A stretch of DNA of 63,600 nucleotides, filler included. It is 6 parts of 6 records of this genome, joined end to end, with 100 filler letters (N's around TTAATTAATTAA, not from the genome) between each part and the next. Parts side by side here need not be neighbours in the genome. Positions count along the whole stretch, not along the records: positions 28,913 to 39,117 come from SRR20825019_534; positions 39,218 to 51,552 come from SRR20825019_536; 4 more parts are not named here. One strand, written 5' to 3'. The notes under the pieces are model-generated. The model ran no database searches and had not been told where the DNA came from. It saw only the letters and a list, made by a program, of their open reading frames with translations. Both the position numbers and the translations under genes were made by a program. Every line of letters starts with the position of its first letter. The first letter of the stretch is position 1. Positions 34,596-43,527 of the stretch are shown in pieces.

Positions 34596-35462
34596 TTATG
34601 ATAAAACTTTTTTAATATCTCGCCACGTAATCAGTTTTACCTCTTTTTCTTTTAACAACTTCTGAGTGCTTTCATCAGTAAAAAAATCAAAATCTACTTG
34701 TCGCCATTCAGCACCAAAATTTGGATGATCGATAGCAACTCCTTGCATTTCGTCGTTATTAAAAGCAGGGTGAATTAAAATAATATTTATTCCATTTTGC
34801 AAACTTTCAATAGCATGTTTATAATAAGCATCAAGACCAGCACCATCAAACCATTTCCACTCACCTGTAAAAACACTTTCAATAGTAAAATCTGTATCCA
34901 AAATATATTTTTCAGTTTCCATATTAAAATCGCCCAACAACTGTTTGCTCAGAAAAACAGCTAGGTTATATTCTTTCCCTAACTCCCTGTATACATTTAT
35001 AATTTCCTTGGTTAAGCCTAAACAAAACATGTGAGAATCCAAGTGTGTTGGTTTTACCCCCCAAGCAATAGCCAATTCTATTTGAGCTTTTAATTCTTTT
35101 TTTACTTCAGAAGGATTTACATTTTGTTTTACCATGGCACGCTTCGGATAAAAATGCCCATTTTTATCCACTAAACTAGGTACTTCTGCTGCTGAAAGCA
35201 CAGGACCAAACTTATAATTCTTCCATTCGCAAGTCAATGTTAAATGAATTCCATAATCAAACTGCGGATTTTCTTTGGCATAAACTGCCATTTCATATGC
35301 CCATGAGCAAGGCATCATAATACTTGTAGAATTAACAATTCCTTTCTCTAATGCTTTTTTAGTTGCTTCGTTTTCTGCAAAACACAAACCAGCATCATCC
35401 GCATGAATTATTAAAAGTTTATCGGTTGGTAAGTAGCCTAATTTTTCAACTATCTCTTTCAT
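34596..35462 (-). CDS. YdjC/ChbG-like carbohydrate deacetylase
   Basis: LIIHADDAG, G.HLTL..EW, THLDSHM, IHP. Confidence 0.88.
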   Translation of the reverse strand: MKEIVEKLGYLPTDKLLIIHADDAGLCFAENEATKKALEKGIVNSTSIMMPCSWAYEMAVYAKENPQFDYGIHLTLTCEWKNYKFGPVLSAAEVPSLVDKNGHFYPKRAMVKQNVNPSEVKKELKAQIELAIAWGVKPTHLDSHMFCLGLTKEIINVYRELGKEYNLAVFLSKQLLGDFNMETEKYILDTDFTIESVFTGEWKWFDGAGLDAYYKHAIESLQNGINIILIHPAFNNDEMQGVAIDHPNFGAEWRQVDFDFFTDESTQKLLKEKEVKLITWRDIKKVLS

Positions 35463-35468
35463 CAGAAA

Positions 35469-36395
35469 TTACCCTAAAAAATTATCCATTTCTTTATAAG
35501 CTTCAATTACTGCAAGCTCTCCTTCTTTACCCACTTTTGAGTTTCCATGTTCCATCCCTAAAACACCCTTAAATCCTTTCTCATGAATATATTTAAAAAT
35601 ATTTTTGTAGTTAATTTCTCCAGTGGTAGGCTCATTCCTTCCTGGGTTATCACCCATTTGGAAATAAGCAATTTCATCCCAAGAAGCTTCTATATTCGGA
35701 ATCAAATTCCCTTCAGTTATTTGCTGATGATACACATCAAAAAGAATCTTACACGAAGGCGAATCAACGGCTTTACAAATTTCATATGCCTGAGCAGATT
35801 TTTTTAAGAATAACCCAGGATGATTCATATAATTTAGTGGCTCTAATACCATTGTTATACCATGAGGCTCTAAAATTGCCGATGCTTGCTTAAGCGATTC
35901 CACAACATTAGCAGTTTGATAGCCATGTTCTAATCTTAAGTCTACATACCCAGGAACTACTGTAACCCATTTGGCATTTACACGCTTAGCAACTGCCACA
36001 GAATCTTGGATATACTTTAAAAATTCTTTGCGCAGGTTTTCGTCTCCATTTGTAAGGTTTGGTTCACTCCAATAAATTTCATGAGCTACAAAAACGCCCA
36101 TGGTTATTCCTTTTTTCTCCATAGTTTTAGCCATGGCTTCTTGCTCGGCAATGGGGCGGGTACGCATATTATTATCTTCAAAGGCTGTAAAGCCTTGATC
36201 TGCCATAAAATTTAATTGGTCGATAACATCCTCTCCAGCATGATTTTTAAACATTCCAATATGTGGAGCATACTTTAAATTAAATTGATGTGGTGATGTT
36301 TGTATAGACTTAGAAAAAGCAAAGGCTCCAGTAGTAAATACTGAAGCCCCAACACTTGTTGCTATTGTATTATGAAGAAATTTTCTTCTGTGCAT
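35469..36395 (-). CDS. Hydroxypyruvate-isomerase-like TIM-barrel protein with Tat-like signal
   Basis: MHRRKFL twin-Arg; LEPLN, LFDVYHQQITEG, DNPGRNEP.TGEINY, GMEH. Confidence 0.85.
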   Translation of the reverse strand: MHRRKFLHNTIATSVGASVFTTGAFAFSKSIQTSPHQFNLKYAPHIGMFKNHAGEDVIDQLNFMADQGFTAFEDNNMRTRPIAEQEAMAKTMEKKGITMGVFVAHEIYWSEPNLTNGDENLRKEFLKYIQDSVAVAKRVNAKWVTVVPGYVDLRLEHGYQTANVVESLKQASAILEPHGITMVLEPLNYMNHPGLFLKKSAQAYEICKAVDSPSCKILFDVYHQQITEGNLIPNIEASWDEIAYFQMGDNPGRNEPTTGEINYKNIFKYIHEKGFKGVLGMEHGNSKVGKEGELAVIEAYKEMDNFLG

Positions 36396-36455
36396 TAGTT
36401 CTGGTTTTTATAATGAAAGTTAAATATACAAAAAACCAAAAACTGCAAATGAATT

Positions 36456-36932
36456 TTATCCTCTTGTTATTTCTAATATTTCAAATTGTAAAGTTCCATT
36501 TGGCACTTTAACCTCTGCTATTTCTCCAACAGACTTCCCTAAAAGACCTTTTCCGATAGGAGAATTTACAGATATTTTTCCTGTTTTTAGATCGGCTTCA
36601 CTTTCTGCTACCAATTTATAGGTCATTTCCATCCCATTGGCATGGTTTTTTATTTTAACATTAGAAAGTGCTAAAACTTTTGATGTATCCAATTGAGATT
36701 CATCAATAACACGGGCATTTGCCAATGTTGCTTCCATTTTAGAAATCCGCATTTCCAATAACCCTTGCGCCTCTTTTGCCGCATCATATTCTGCATTTTC
36801 AGATAAATCTCCTTTATCTCTTGCTTCTGCTATTGCTTGTGATGCCTTTGGGCGTTCAATACTTTTTAGTTGCTCTAATTCTGCTCTTAATTTTTTTATT
36901 CCCTCTTCTGTGTAATAAGATACGTTACTCAT
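36456..36932 (-). CDS. greA: Transcription elongation factor GreA
   Basis: AEARDKGDLSENAEYDAAKE, IS..SPIG..LLGK. Confidence 0.96.
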   Translation of the reverse strand: MSNVSYYTEEGIKKLRAELEQLKSIERPKASQAIAEARDKGDLSENAEYDAAKEAQGLLEMRISKMEATLANARVIDESQLDTSKVLALSNVKIKNHANGMEMTYKLVAESEADLKTGKISVNSPIGKGLLGKSVGEIAEVKVPNGTLQFEILEITRG

Positions 36933-36950
36933 GACTTCATCTTTTATAAA

Positions 36951-36992
36951 TACAAAAAATCCCCTTTTCCAAAGAGGATTTAAACAAATATA
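36951..36992 (-). promoter_or_regulatory. greA promoter (TATATTTG) followed by terminator-like leader hairpin
   Basis: Minus strand: TATATTTG-TTTAA-ATCCTCTTT-GGA-AAAGGGGAT-TTTTTG, ~20 nt before the greA ATG. Confidence 0.6.
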
Positions 36993-37130
36993 CAAAATTT
37001 TAGTCAACGCAAACGACGAAAATTATTGTAGAAAATATCATATACTATCAAATAATATATTGATTCGTTTTACGTTCAATATTTTTCAGATTGAATTTAT
37101 TGTAACTTGCGCACTTTATAACATTTATTA

Positions 37131-37571
37131 ATGAGACATCTTTTTTACATTTTATCAATTCTATTTATTGTTACTGCATGTAGCAGTGACGATTCTTCCT
37201 TTGATAATCCAAATTTAATAGAACCTGGTTTTAGCTATAACATAAACTTAAACCTTCCTCAATACGCTAATTTAGCAACTCCTGGAACGGCAGTCTATGT
37301 AAACAATTCTAATGTTGGAATTAGAGGAATTTTTGTTATTAATCTTTTCGGAAGTTATAGAGCTTGGGAAGCTAGTTGCCCAAATCATCCACCAAACAAT
37401 TGTTCTACAATGACGCTGAGTGGGGTAACTTGTAAATGTAGTTGTGAAGATTATGAATATGAACTAGCTGGAGGAAGCCTTGTTTCTGAATTTTCTGGTG
37501 AAGGTAAAACATACCCACTACAAGAATATAGTGTTTCAGCAGAAGGTAGCAACGTTCGGATATATAATTAA
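37131..37571 (+). CDS. Lipoprotein with Rieske-like Cys motif
   Basis: Lipobox VTAC; ASCPNH..C..M....CKCSCE..EY...G; YPL..Y. Confidence 0.75.
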   Translation: MRHLFYILSILFIVTACSSDDSSFDNPNLIEPGFSYNINLNLPQYANLATPGTAVYVNNSNVGIRGIFVINLFGSYRAWEASCPNHPPNNCSTMTLSGVTCKCSCEDYEYELAGGSLVSEFSGEGKTYPLQEYSVSAEGSNVRIYN

Positions 37572-37576
37572 TTATT

Positions 37577-38095
37577 ATGGCACAAAAAAGACTTCTAGTT
37601 GATATGGATGGGGTGTTAGCCGATACCTATCAGCAGTTTTTCCGGTTAGAATCTAATATTACAGGTAAAAAAATAGAAAGAGAAAATGTAATTGGAGTTT
37701 CTGAAGCAGATGCTTTTCCAAATTATCTCAGCTATATCCATAAGGCTGGTTTCTTTCGGGATGCTCCTGTAATTGAAAACGCTATTGAAGTAATGAAAAA
37801 GCTTAATAACGTATATGATATTTTTATTGTCTCATCGGCAATGGAATTTCCAAACAGCTTGCGCGAAAAATACGATTGGCTACAAGAACATTTCCCTTTT
37901 TTACACTGGAAGCAAATAATTCTTTGCGGATCTAAAATTCCTGTTCAAGGGGATATTTTAATTGACGACCATTTCAAAAACCTCGATTACTTTAAAAAAA
38001 CAACTCTTTTATATACTCAACCCCATAATATGGGTCGCGATAAAGGACATCAACGAGTTAACAACTGGAAAGAAATTGAAAGCATTTTATTGTAA
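37577..38095 (+). CDS. 5'(3')-deoxyribonucleotidase (NT5C-like HAD)
   Basis: VDMDGVLAD, EKYDWL.EHFPF, DILIDD. Confidence 0.9.
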   Translation: MAQKRLLVDMDGVLADTYQQFFRLESNITGKKIERENVIGVSEADAFPNYLSYIHKAGFFRDAPVIENAIEVMKKLNNVYDIFIVSSAMEFPNSLREKYDWLQEHFPFLHWKQIILCGSKIPVQGDILIDDHFKNLDYFKKTTLLYTQPHNMGRDKGHQRVNNWKEIESILL

Positions 38096-38226
38096 CTAAA
38101 GGTTATCTATACTGATTTTGAGAATGGAAATTGCATTCTTTTGCACCTATATAAACTTCTAAAAGCTCGGTTATAGACTACAAATAGTTTTTTGGTTTAG
38201 TATTTGGGGGATTAAAAGCTTTCTCG

Positions 38227-38982
38227 CTATTTCTGCTCGTTAAAATCCCAATCTTTCAATCTATCTAAATACAAATACGATTCTACAAACAATCGTTGTT
38301 CTTTGCTAGTCATTTTTTCTAAAAGCTCTAAAGAAGAAATATAACTAGCTAAATTTCCGTTAGAAGAGTAGAATTTTCCATCGGTTACAAAGCTAACCTC
38401 AGCATCGTTTTGCACTAATAAATCTGGATAATCCTTTTGCAGTTGTTCTCCCCCACCAATCCACGTAACAATTTTCTTTCCACTGGCAATTCCAGATTTC
38501 CCAATAAGTTGTGCCCCACCACAATTACTAACCGTATATGTGGTTTCTTTATTTTTTTCAATAATAAAATTCACCAATTTTTCATTCCTAACGGCAGTCC
38601 ACATATCATAAGCACTTGGCACAAATAAAACGTCGAGTTTTGGTGCGGTATCAAATGTAAAATCTGGAACTACAACTAGCCCTTCTTCGGTTTCTACCGG
38701 ATCCAACGTTTCTGCAATGGTAATTACGTTAAATAATGTGTCTCCTGCTTCAGTATGCTTAGAAAACACATCCATAGGAGCTGTTACTTCGGTCATTAAA
38801 ACACGGTCGTACATTAAAAGTCCGATGGTAGGAAGACTTTCATCAATTTCTTTTGTGCTCTTTTGTGTACTCTCTATTTCTACTGTTTCTGTAACTTTTT
38901 TAGCATCCTCTTTTGAGTTTTTTACAGTACAACTCGCAAAAACAAATAGCGCTAAAACTAAAACTTTAATAATGGTTTTCAT
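38227..38982 (-). CDS. DJ-1/PfpI family lipoprotein
   Basis: Lipobox FASC; TEVTAPMDVF, PDFTF..AP.LDVLFVP, SNCGGA nucleophile elbow. Confidence 0.82.
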   Translation of the reverse strand: MKTIIKVLVLALFVFASCTVKNSKEDAKKVTETVEIESTQKSTKEIDESLPTIGLLMYDRVLMTEVTAPMDVFSKHTEAGDTLFNVITIAETLDPVETEEGLVVVPDFTFDTAPKLDVLFVPSAYDMWTAVRNEKLVNFIIEKNKETTYTVSNCGGAQLIGKSGIASGKKIVTWIGGGEQLQKDYPDLLVQNDAEVSFVTDGKFYSSNGNLASYISSLELLEKMTSKEQRLFVESYLYLDRLKDWDFNEQK

Positions 38983-39217
38983 CTGTTAATATTTATTTTT
39001 TATTTATCTGATAAAATTCACAAATCAACATCTTGGTTAGATTCCAAAATTAGTATAGCGAATTTAATGTGTTTATTTTTATTATTTTAATGTATTAATG
39101 TCCGAGTAAAAATACAANNNNNNNNNNNNNNNNNNNNNNNNNNNNNNNNNNNNNNNNNNNNTTAATTAATTAANNNNNNNNNNNNNNNNNNNNNNNNNNN
39201 NNNNNNNNNNNNNNNNN

Positions 39218-39296
39218 GGAAATGGGCACGCATTTCCCTGACTCGCCCTCAAGGCGAAATCGAGGCTGTGAGTTTTCACAGACTTCTCAAGGCTCC
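39218..39296. repeat. Multi-hairpin element at contig end (truncated structured repeat)
   Basis: GGAAATG/CATTTCC, CGCC/GGCG and CTGTGA/TCACAG stems in tandem. Confidence 0.4.
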
Positions 39297-39397
39297 TTCT
39301 GCCGCGAAGTTAATCCCTCCAAAAAACTACCAACAATGACAACCCCCAACCCCAACCGCTAGGATAGAAACATCCAAAAAAACCAAACCGGAGTCAC

Positions 39398-40429
39398 ATG
39401 TTTGTCGACCTCAGTTTAGGCATCAATGTTGTCATCTTCCTTCTGGCCGGCGCGGTGGTCGGCGTCTGCGGTGTCTGGCTGACAGAACGGGCTGAGCAGT
39501 TAGCGCATCTCACCGGCCTGGGACAGGCCATTTTAGGCGCCGTATTTCTCGGGATTATCACCTCGTTGGCGGGGACCATCACCTCAATTACCTCGGCATG
39601 GGAAGGCGCGGCAGAACTGGCCTTTGGTAATGCAATTGGGGGTATCGCGGCACAGACCACGTTTCTGGTGATTGCTGATATTCTCTACCGCAAAGCCAAC
39701 CTGGAGCATGCGGCAGCATCGGAGGAAAACCTGATGCAGGGCGTGTTGCTGGTGGTCATGCTGTCGCTGCCGATGCTGGCAATGGCAGGACCGGGTGTCA
39801 CGATCTGGTCGATCGATGTGATGTCCTTTGTCATTCTGGCTGCTTACCTGTTCGGCCTGCGTTTATTGCGTCAGTCCCACAACATGCCAATGTGGTCGCC
39901 GCGTACAACCAGCGATACCCGGGCTGAGAAACCCTCGCCGCCTTCAGCGGGGATTCGGTCGGCGGGATATTCTCTGTGGACAGCATTCTTATTACTGGCG
40001 ATTGCTGTCGCAGTGAGCGGCTGGCTGATTGCCGAAACGGGAATTGCCATCACCCGCCAGACCGGACTGAGTCAGACCTTATTCGGGACCATTTTCACCG
40101 CGGTAGTGACCTCGATACCGGAACTGGTGATCGCGATTACTGCCGTGCGGCGAGGTGCTCTGGCATTGGCAGTGGGCGATATTATTGGCGGCAATACCTT
40201 CGATGTGCTGTTTCTGGTGTTGTCTGATCTGGCATACAGACCGGGCTCTATTTATCAGGCGGTATCAGGCACGCTGGCTTTCTGGATGGCATTGAATATT
40301 CTGCTGGTCGGTATTTTGCTGTTGGGACTGCTGCGTCGGGAACGGCATGGTCTGGGTAATATCGGTTTTGAAGGGGCACTCGTACTCGTGAGTTATGCGG
40401 CGGGAGTGACCGTGATTTTCTCTTATTGA
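39398..40429 (+). CDS. Sodium:calcium antiporter (CaCA/YrbG-like)
   Basis: Two alpha-repeats (ITSLAG...GNAIG; VTSIPEL...GDIIGGN.FD). Confidence 0.88.
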   Translation: MFVDLSLGINVVIFLLAGAVVGVCGVWLTERAEQLAHLTGLGQAILGAVFLGIITSLAGTITSITSAWEGAAELAFGNAIGGIAAQTTFLVIADILYRKANLEHAAASEENLMQGVLLVVMLSLPMLAMAGPGVTIWSIDVMSFVILAAYLFGLRLLRQSHNMPMWSPRTTSDTRAEKPSPPSAGIRSAGYSLWTAFLLLAIAVAVSGWLIAETGIAITRQTGLSQTLFGTIFTAVVTSIPELVIAITAVRRGALALAVGDIIGGNTFDVLFLVLSDLAYRPGSIYQAVSGTLAFWMALNILLVGILLLGLLRRERHGLGNIGFEGALVLVSYAAGVTVIFSY

Positions 40430-40524
40430 GTCACACTAAAAACATTGTGACTGTCAGTGCTTACGATGATAATAAGACTGAATCATTGTGCCGTCGGTTG
40501 GCGGTTTTTAAGTGAGGAATTTCA

Positions 40525-40845
40525 ATGAAAACGATTGCTGTGACCACCATTTTGCTGACGATGTTTGCTGTCAGTGCCTGTGGTGTTAAAACATCCGGCG
40601 TGCGTACCCTGGGTGGCGATACCTATACCATTACAGTCAATGATCTGGATGACACCACAGCGAAGGGCACGGCGCTGGGACTTGCCGAGCATCATTGCAG
40701 TGAAATGGGCAAAGCGCTGCTGGTAACCAAAATTTTCAAGCAACACCAGGTGCGTTATCGCTATGACATTACTTTTCAGTGCGTTGATGCCGGCGATCCC
40801 CGACTGGAAAACCCTGAGTATGAAACTATTTACAGGTCGGAGTAA
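40525..40845 (+). CDS. Small hypothetical lipoprotein
   Basis: GAGG RBS, lipobox VSAC, GV..LG.DTY.I...A..HC...K...F.C. Confidence 0.75.
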   Translation: MKTIAVTTILLTMFAVSACGVKTSGVRTLGGDTYTITVNDLDDTTAKGTALGLAEHHCSEMGKALLVTKIFKQHQVRYRYDITFQCVDAGDPRLENPEYETIYRSE

Positions 40846-41264
40846 TGTGTCGTCGACAGCGGCTATGGCTACTCTTTTTCTGCTGTTTACTGCTGCCACT
40901 TCAGCTTCTGGCACAGGACCCGCCTTATCAATTGACGCTTACGGTCACTGATGCGGGGCTGGACCAGCCTGCGGAGGGGATGCAGGTCGTGCTGTTTCAG
41001 TTCAGCGAGAACCGTTCAACCTGGCGGCTGGTGGATAGCCAGGTTACCGATAAAGAGGGTGAGATAGATGGATTCCTGCCGGGCGGGGAGCATCGAGGGG
41101 TTTACCGGCTGGTGCTGAGGAATGAGAAATTCTTCCGGCAGAAGCATGAAGCCACGCCTTATCCGCTGATTCCTGTGGTGGTCACTATTAATAAGCCAGC
41201 GCCGGTGGCCTTGTCGTTAAGCATATCGAAAACGGGCTACAGCCTGTCTCAGGAACAGCCCTGA
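40845..41264 (+). CDS. Secreted transthyretin/HIU-hydrolase-like protein lacking catalytic residues
   Basis: Signal peptide; D...QPAEG.QV.L, TDKEGEI, GVYRL.....FF......YP.I.V matches the TTR fold; no N-terminal His and no C-terminal YRGS. Confidence 0.72.
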   Translation: MCRRQRLWLLFFCCLLLPLQLLAQDPPYQLTLTVTDAGLDQPAEGMQVVLFQFSENRSTWRLVDSQVTDKEGEIDGFLPGGEHRGVYRLVLRNEKFFRQKHEATPYPLIPVVVTINKPAPVALSLSISKTGYSLSQEQP

Positions 41265-41272
41265 AAGCGGGT

Positions 41273-41782
41273 TTATTCTTGGCGAACCCGAATTGAGCGC
41301 CAGTATTTCCGTGACCAGTAGATATTGTTCATGCTGGATATGGTGACACCGAGTCGGGTGGACGCGTGCAGGAAACGGTCCTCTTCCAGATAAATGCCGA
41401 CATGGTTGCCATTACGGAAAAACACCAGGTCGCCTGGCTGTAAATCGTTTTTGTTAATGGCCTGTCCCGCCCGGAACTGCTGAGAGGTGGTTCTGGGCAG
41501 CCTGAGACCGAAAATATCCTGATAAGTCTTCTGCACAAAGGCGGAGCAGTCAATGCCGTGACGACTTTGTCCGCCAAGACGGTAAGGCGTACCGCGCCAG
41601 TCCGCATGCTGCTGATAAAGCCGTGACAGCGTGGCTTCTGTGTGCGGCGCCGCCGGTTGTAATGCCGGATCGAAAGCTGGTGAGGGCATTTTCGGGCTAC
41701 TGCCGCAGCCTGCCAGCAGGGCCAGCATCAACAACAGTGACAGAAAGCGCCAGGGCGACTGGAAAACGAAAAAACGCGGCAT
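41273..41782 (-). CDS. NlpC/P60 lipoprotein endopeptidase
   Basis: Lipobox LAGC; GTPYRLGG, DCSAFV, LPRT, PGDLVFF, HVGIY, FLHAS. Confidence 0.92.
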   Translation of the reverse strand: MPRFFVFQSPWRFLSLLLMLALLAGCGSSPKMPSPAFDPALQPAAPHTEATLSRLYQQHADWRGTPYRLGGQSRHGIDCSAFVQKTYQDIFGLRLPRTTSQQFRAGQAINKNDLQPGDLVFFRNGNHVGIYLEEDRFLHASTRLGVTISSMNNIYWSRKYWRSIRVRQE

Positions 41783-41880
41783 CTTAATCAGTGACAACCA
41801 TTGTGGGTAAATCTGCAATATAAATTACAGGCTGCAGGCTGTAAAAACCAGCGGGCTTGTCACAAGTCATCCTCCAAAAA

Positions 41881-42414
41881 TTAATCGGTCAGGTGGTAAA
41901 AGGTCGGAATGCTGATGTTATATTCGTCACACAGCTCCGAGACTTCCTCCCCGCAAGCGATCCGGTACTGCATTTCGGCAATTTGTTCTTTGGACAGTTG
42001 CACGCCGGTGTGACTGTCGAGCGCCCTGCCACGATCAATGGGGGTGACAGTGGCTGTTGGCTGCTCAGCGTCGGATTGCCTGATGTCGGCGATGGCGGTC
42101 ATGACTTTAAGCGCCGCATCATTACTGTCTTTACTGGTATCAATGGCCTGATCCCGGACCACTAAATCGATGCCTTGCTTGCGCAGTCTTTCTGCTATTC
42201 GGGCCAGTTCAACCGTGTTGTCAGCCAGACGATCGAGTCGGGTCACAACCAGAATGTCACCGTTGTGAAGGGCATCAAGACAGGCGTTGAGTGTGTTCTG
42301 TTGATCGCCGTTGCCGGCTTTTTCTTTGAAAACGGTGTCGCAGTCTTTGAGTTTGTCGAGTTGCATTTGCAGCGGCTGACCATGCCGGCTTTCTCTCGCA
42401 TAGCCTATTCTCAT
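41881..42414 (-). CDS. Small serine recombinase (resolvase/invertase family), divergent
   Basis: IGYARES, GDILVVTRLDRLA, C-terminal HTH (YNISIPTFY). Confidence 0.8.
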   Translation of the reverse strand: MRIGYARESRHGQPLQMQLDKLKDCDTVFKEKAGNGDQQNTLNACLDALHNGDILVVTRLDRLADNTVELARIAERLRKQGIDLVVRDQAIDTSKDSNDAALKVMTAIADIRQSDAEQPTATVTPIDRGRALDSHTGVQLSKEQIAEMQYRIACGEEVSELCDEYNISIPTFYHLTD

Positions 42415-42534
42415 TGATCACTCCTCAGTTTTTTTACCCTTCACTGGGATAGGCAACAAAATCGGGCGTTTGTTCATGTTGGCGCTGGATTGGCTGAATA
42501 GCAAAGCGAGGCCCCGCGTTGTCAGAGCGGACAC

Positions 42535-42561
42535 AAAAAACCCGGCACAGGCCGGGTTTTC
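42535..42561 (-). terminator. Rho-independent terminator after HDOD gene
   Basis: AAAAAACCCGGC-ACA-GGCCGGGTTTT inverted repeat with T-tract on the minus strand. Confidence 0.75.
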
Positions 42562-42587
42562 TGGATGACATTCATATTATCCGCTGA

Positions 42588-43433
42588 TTAGCTCATTTTG
42601 AATAAAGCCAGTGCCTCACGGTATTCCTCGCTGTCTTCATCCAGTTCTTCAACACTGAAACCGGTATCAGCGCCGATTTGTTTGAATGAGACAACTTCAT
42701 TCAGGGTCAATGGATCAACCGCTTTGTCAGTACCGTTATAGCTTTGTAATACCGCGACCTGCACCACATCGACCAGATCCGGACCGTTATCTCCGCTGTT
42801 GCGGTTTAGATTGGTATGCTCGCGGGCAACGGCCACCAGATTGTCCGGGAATTCCCATTTCTGCAGAATGGCAGCACCCAGACGCGGATACAGATTATCA
42901 ATCAATTGATCCAGTTTTTTGCTGTCTCTGATAAGATCGCCGTCTTCGTCGGCCTTCATCAGAATGGGCAGCACACCGATAGAGTGAATCAGGCCGGCCA
43001 GCATGGCTTCATCGGTTTTAATGCCCGGCAGCTTGCCCGCAATAACCTGCGATGCCGCAGCGACTTTGGTGCTCTGTTCCCACAGCGCACGCAGACGTTT
43101 ATCCAGACGGTTATTGGTGGCCTGGAACATTTGTTCCATTACCAGACTGGTAACCAGATTGCGGACCATGGAGAGGCCCAGACGGGAAACCGCCATCTGC
43201 ACACTGTCGATAGATACCCGCCCACGATACAGCGGGCTGTTGGCAACTTTCAGCAGGCGGGCTGAAAGCGCAGCATCAGTGGTGATGATATCGGCCAGTT
43301 GTTTGGCAGTCGCTTCAGGGTCATCGACCACTTCCCTGACTTGCAGGGCGACTTCGGGAAGGGTTGGCAGCACAAGCTTGCCGCTGTCCATTTCCTCCAG
43401 GATAGTGTTGTAAAATAGGTCTTGTTCGCTCAT
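42588..43433 (-). CDS. HDOD domain protein
   Basis: LPTLPEVA, D..LSARLLKVANS, A..RLG, LAGLIHSIG.L, W.FP. Confidence 0.9.
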   Translation of the reverse strand: MSEQDLFYNTILEEMDSGKLVLPTLPEVALQVREVVDDPEATAKQLADIITTDAALSARLLKVANSPLYRGRVSIDSVQMAVSRLGLSMVRNLVTSLVMEQMFQATNNRLDKRLRALWEQSTKVAAASQVIAGKLPGIKTDEAMLAGLIHSIGVLPILMKADEDGDLIRDSKKLDQLIDNLYPRLGAAILQKWEFPDNLVAVAREHTNLNRNSGDNGPDLVDVVQVAVLQSYNGTDKAVDPLTLNEVVSFKQIGADTGFSVEELDEDSEEYREALALFKMS

Positions 43434-43527
43434 AGGTTTCGCTTCTGATAAATGAATTTGAAGTGTTGATGAATTTCAGTTATTTTGCTTTGTTTGCCGA
43501 CAGTTTTAGCTAATCGCAGGTATTCAG

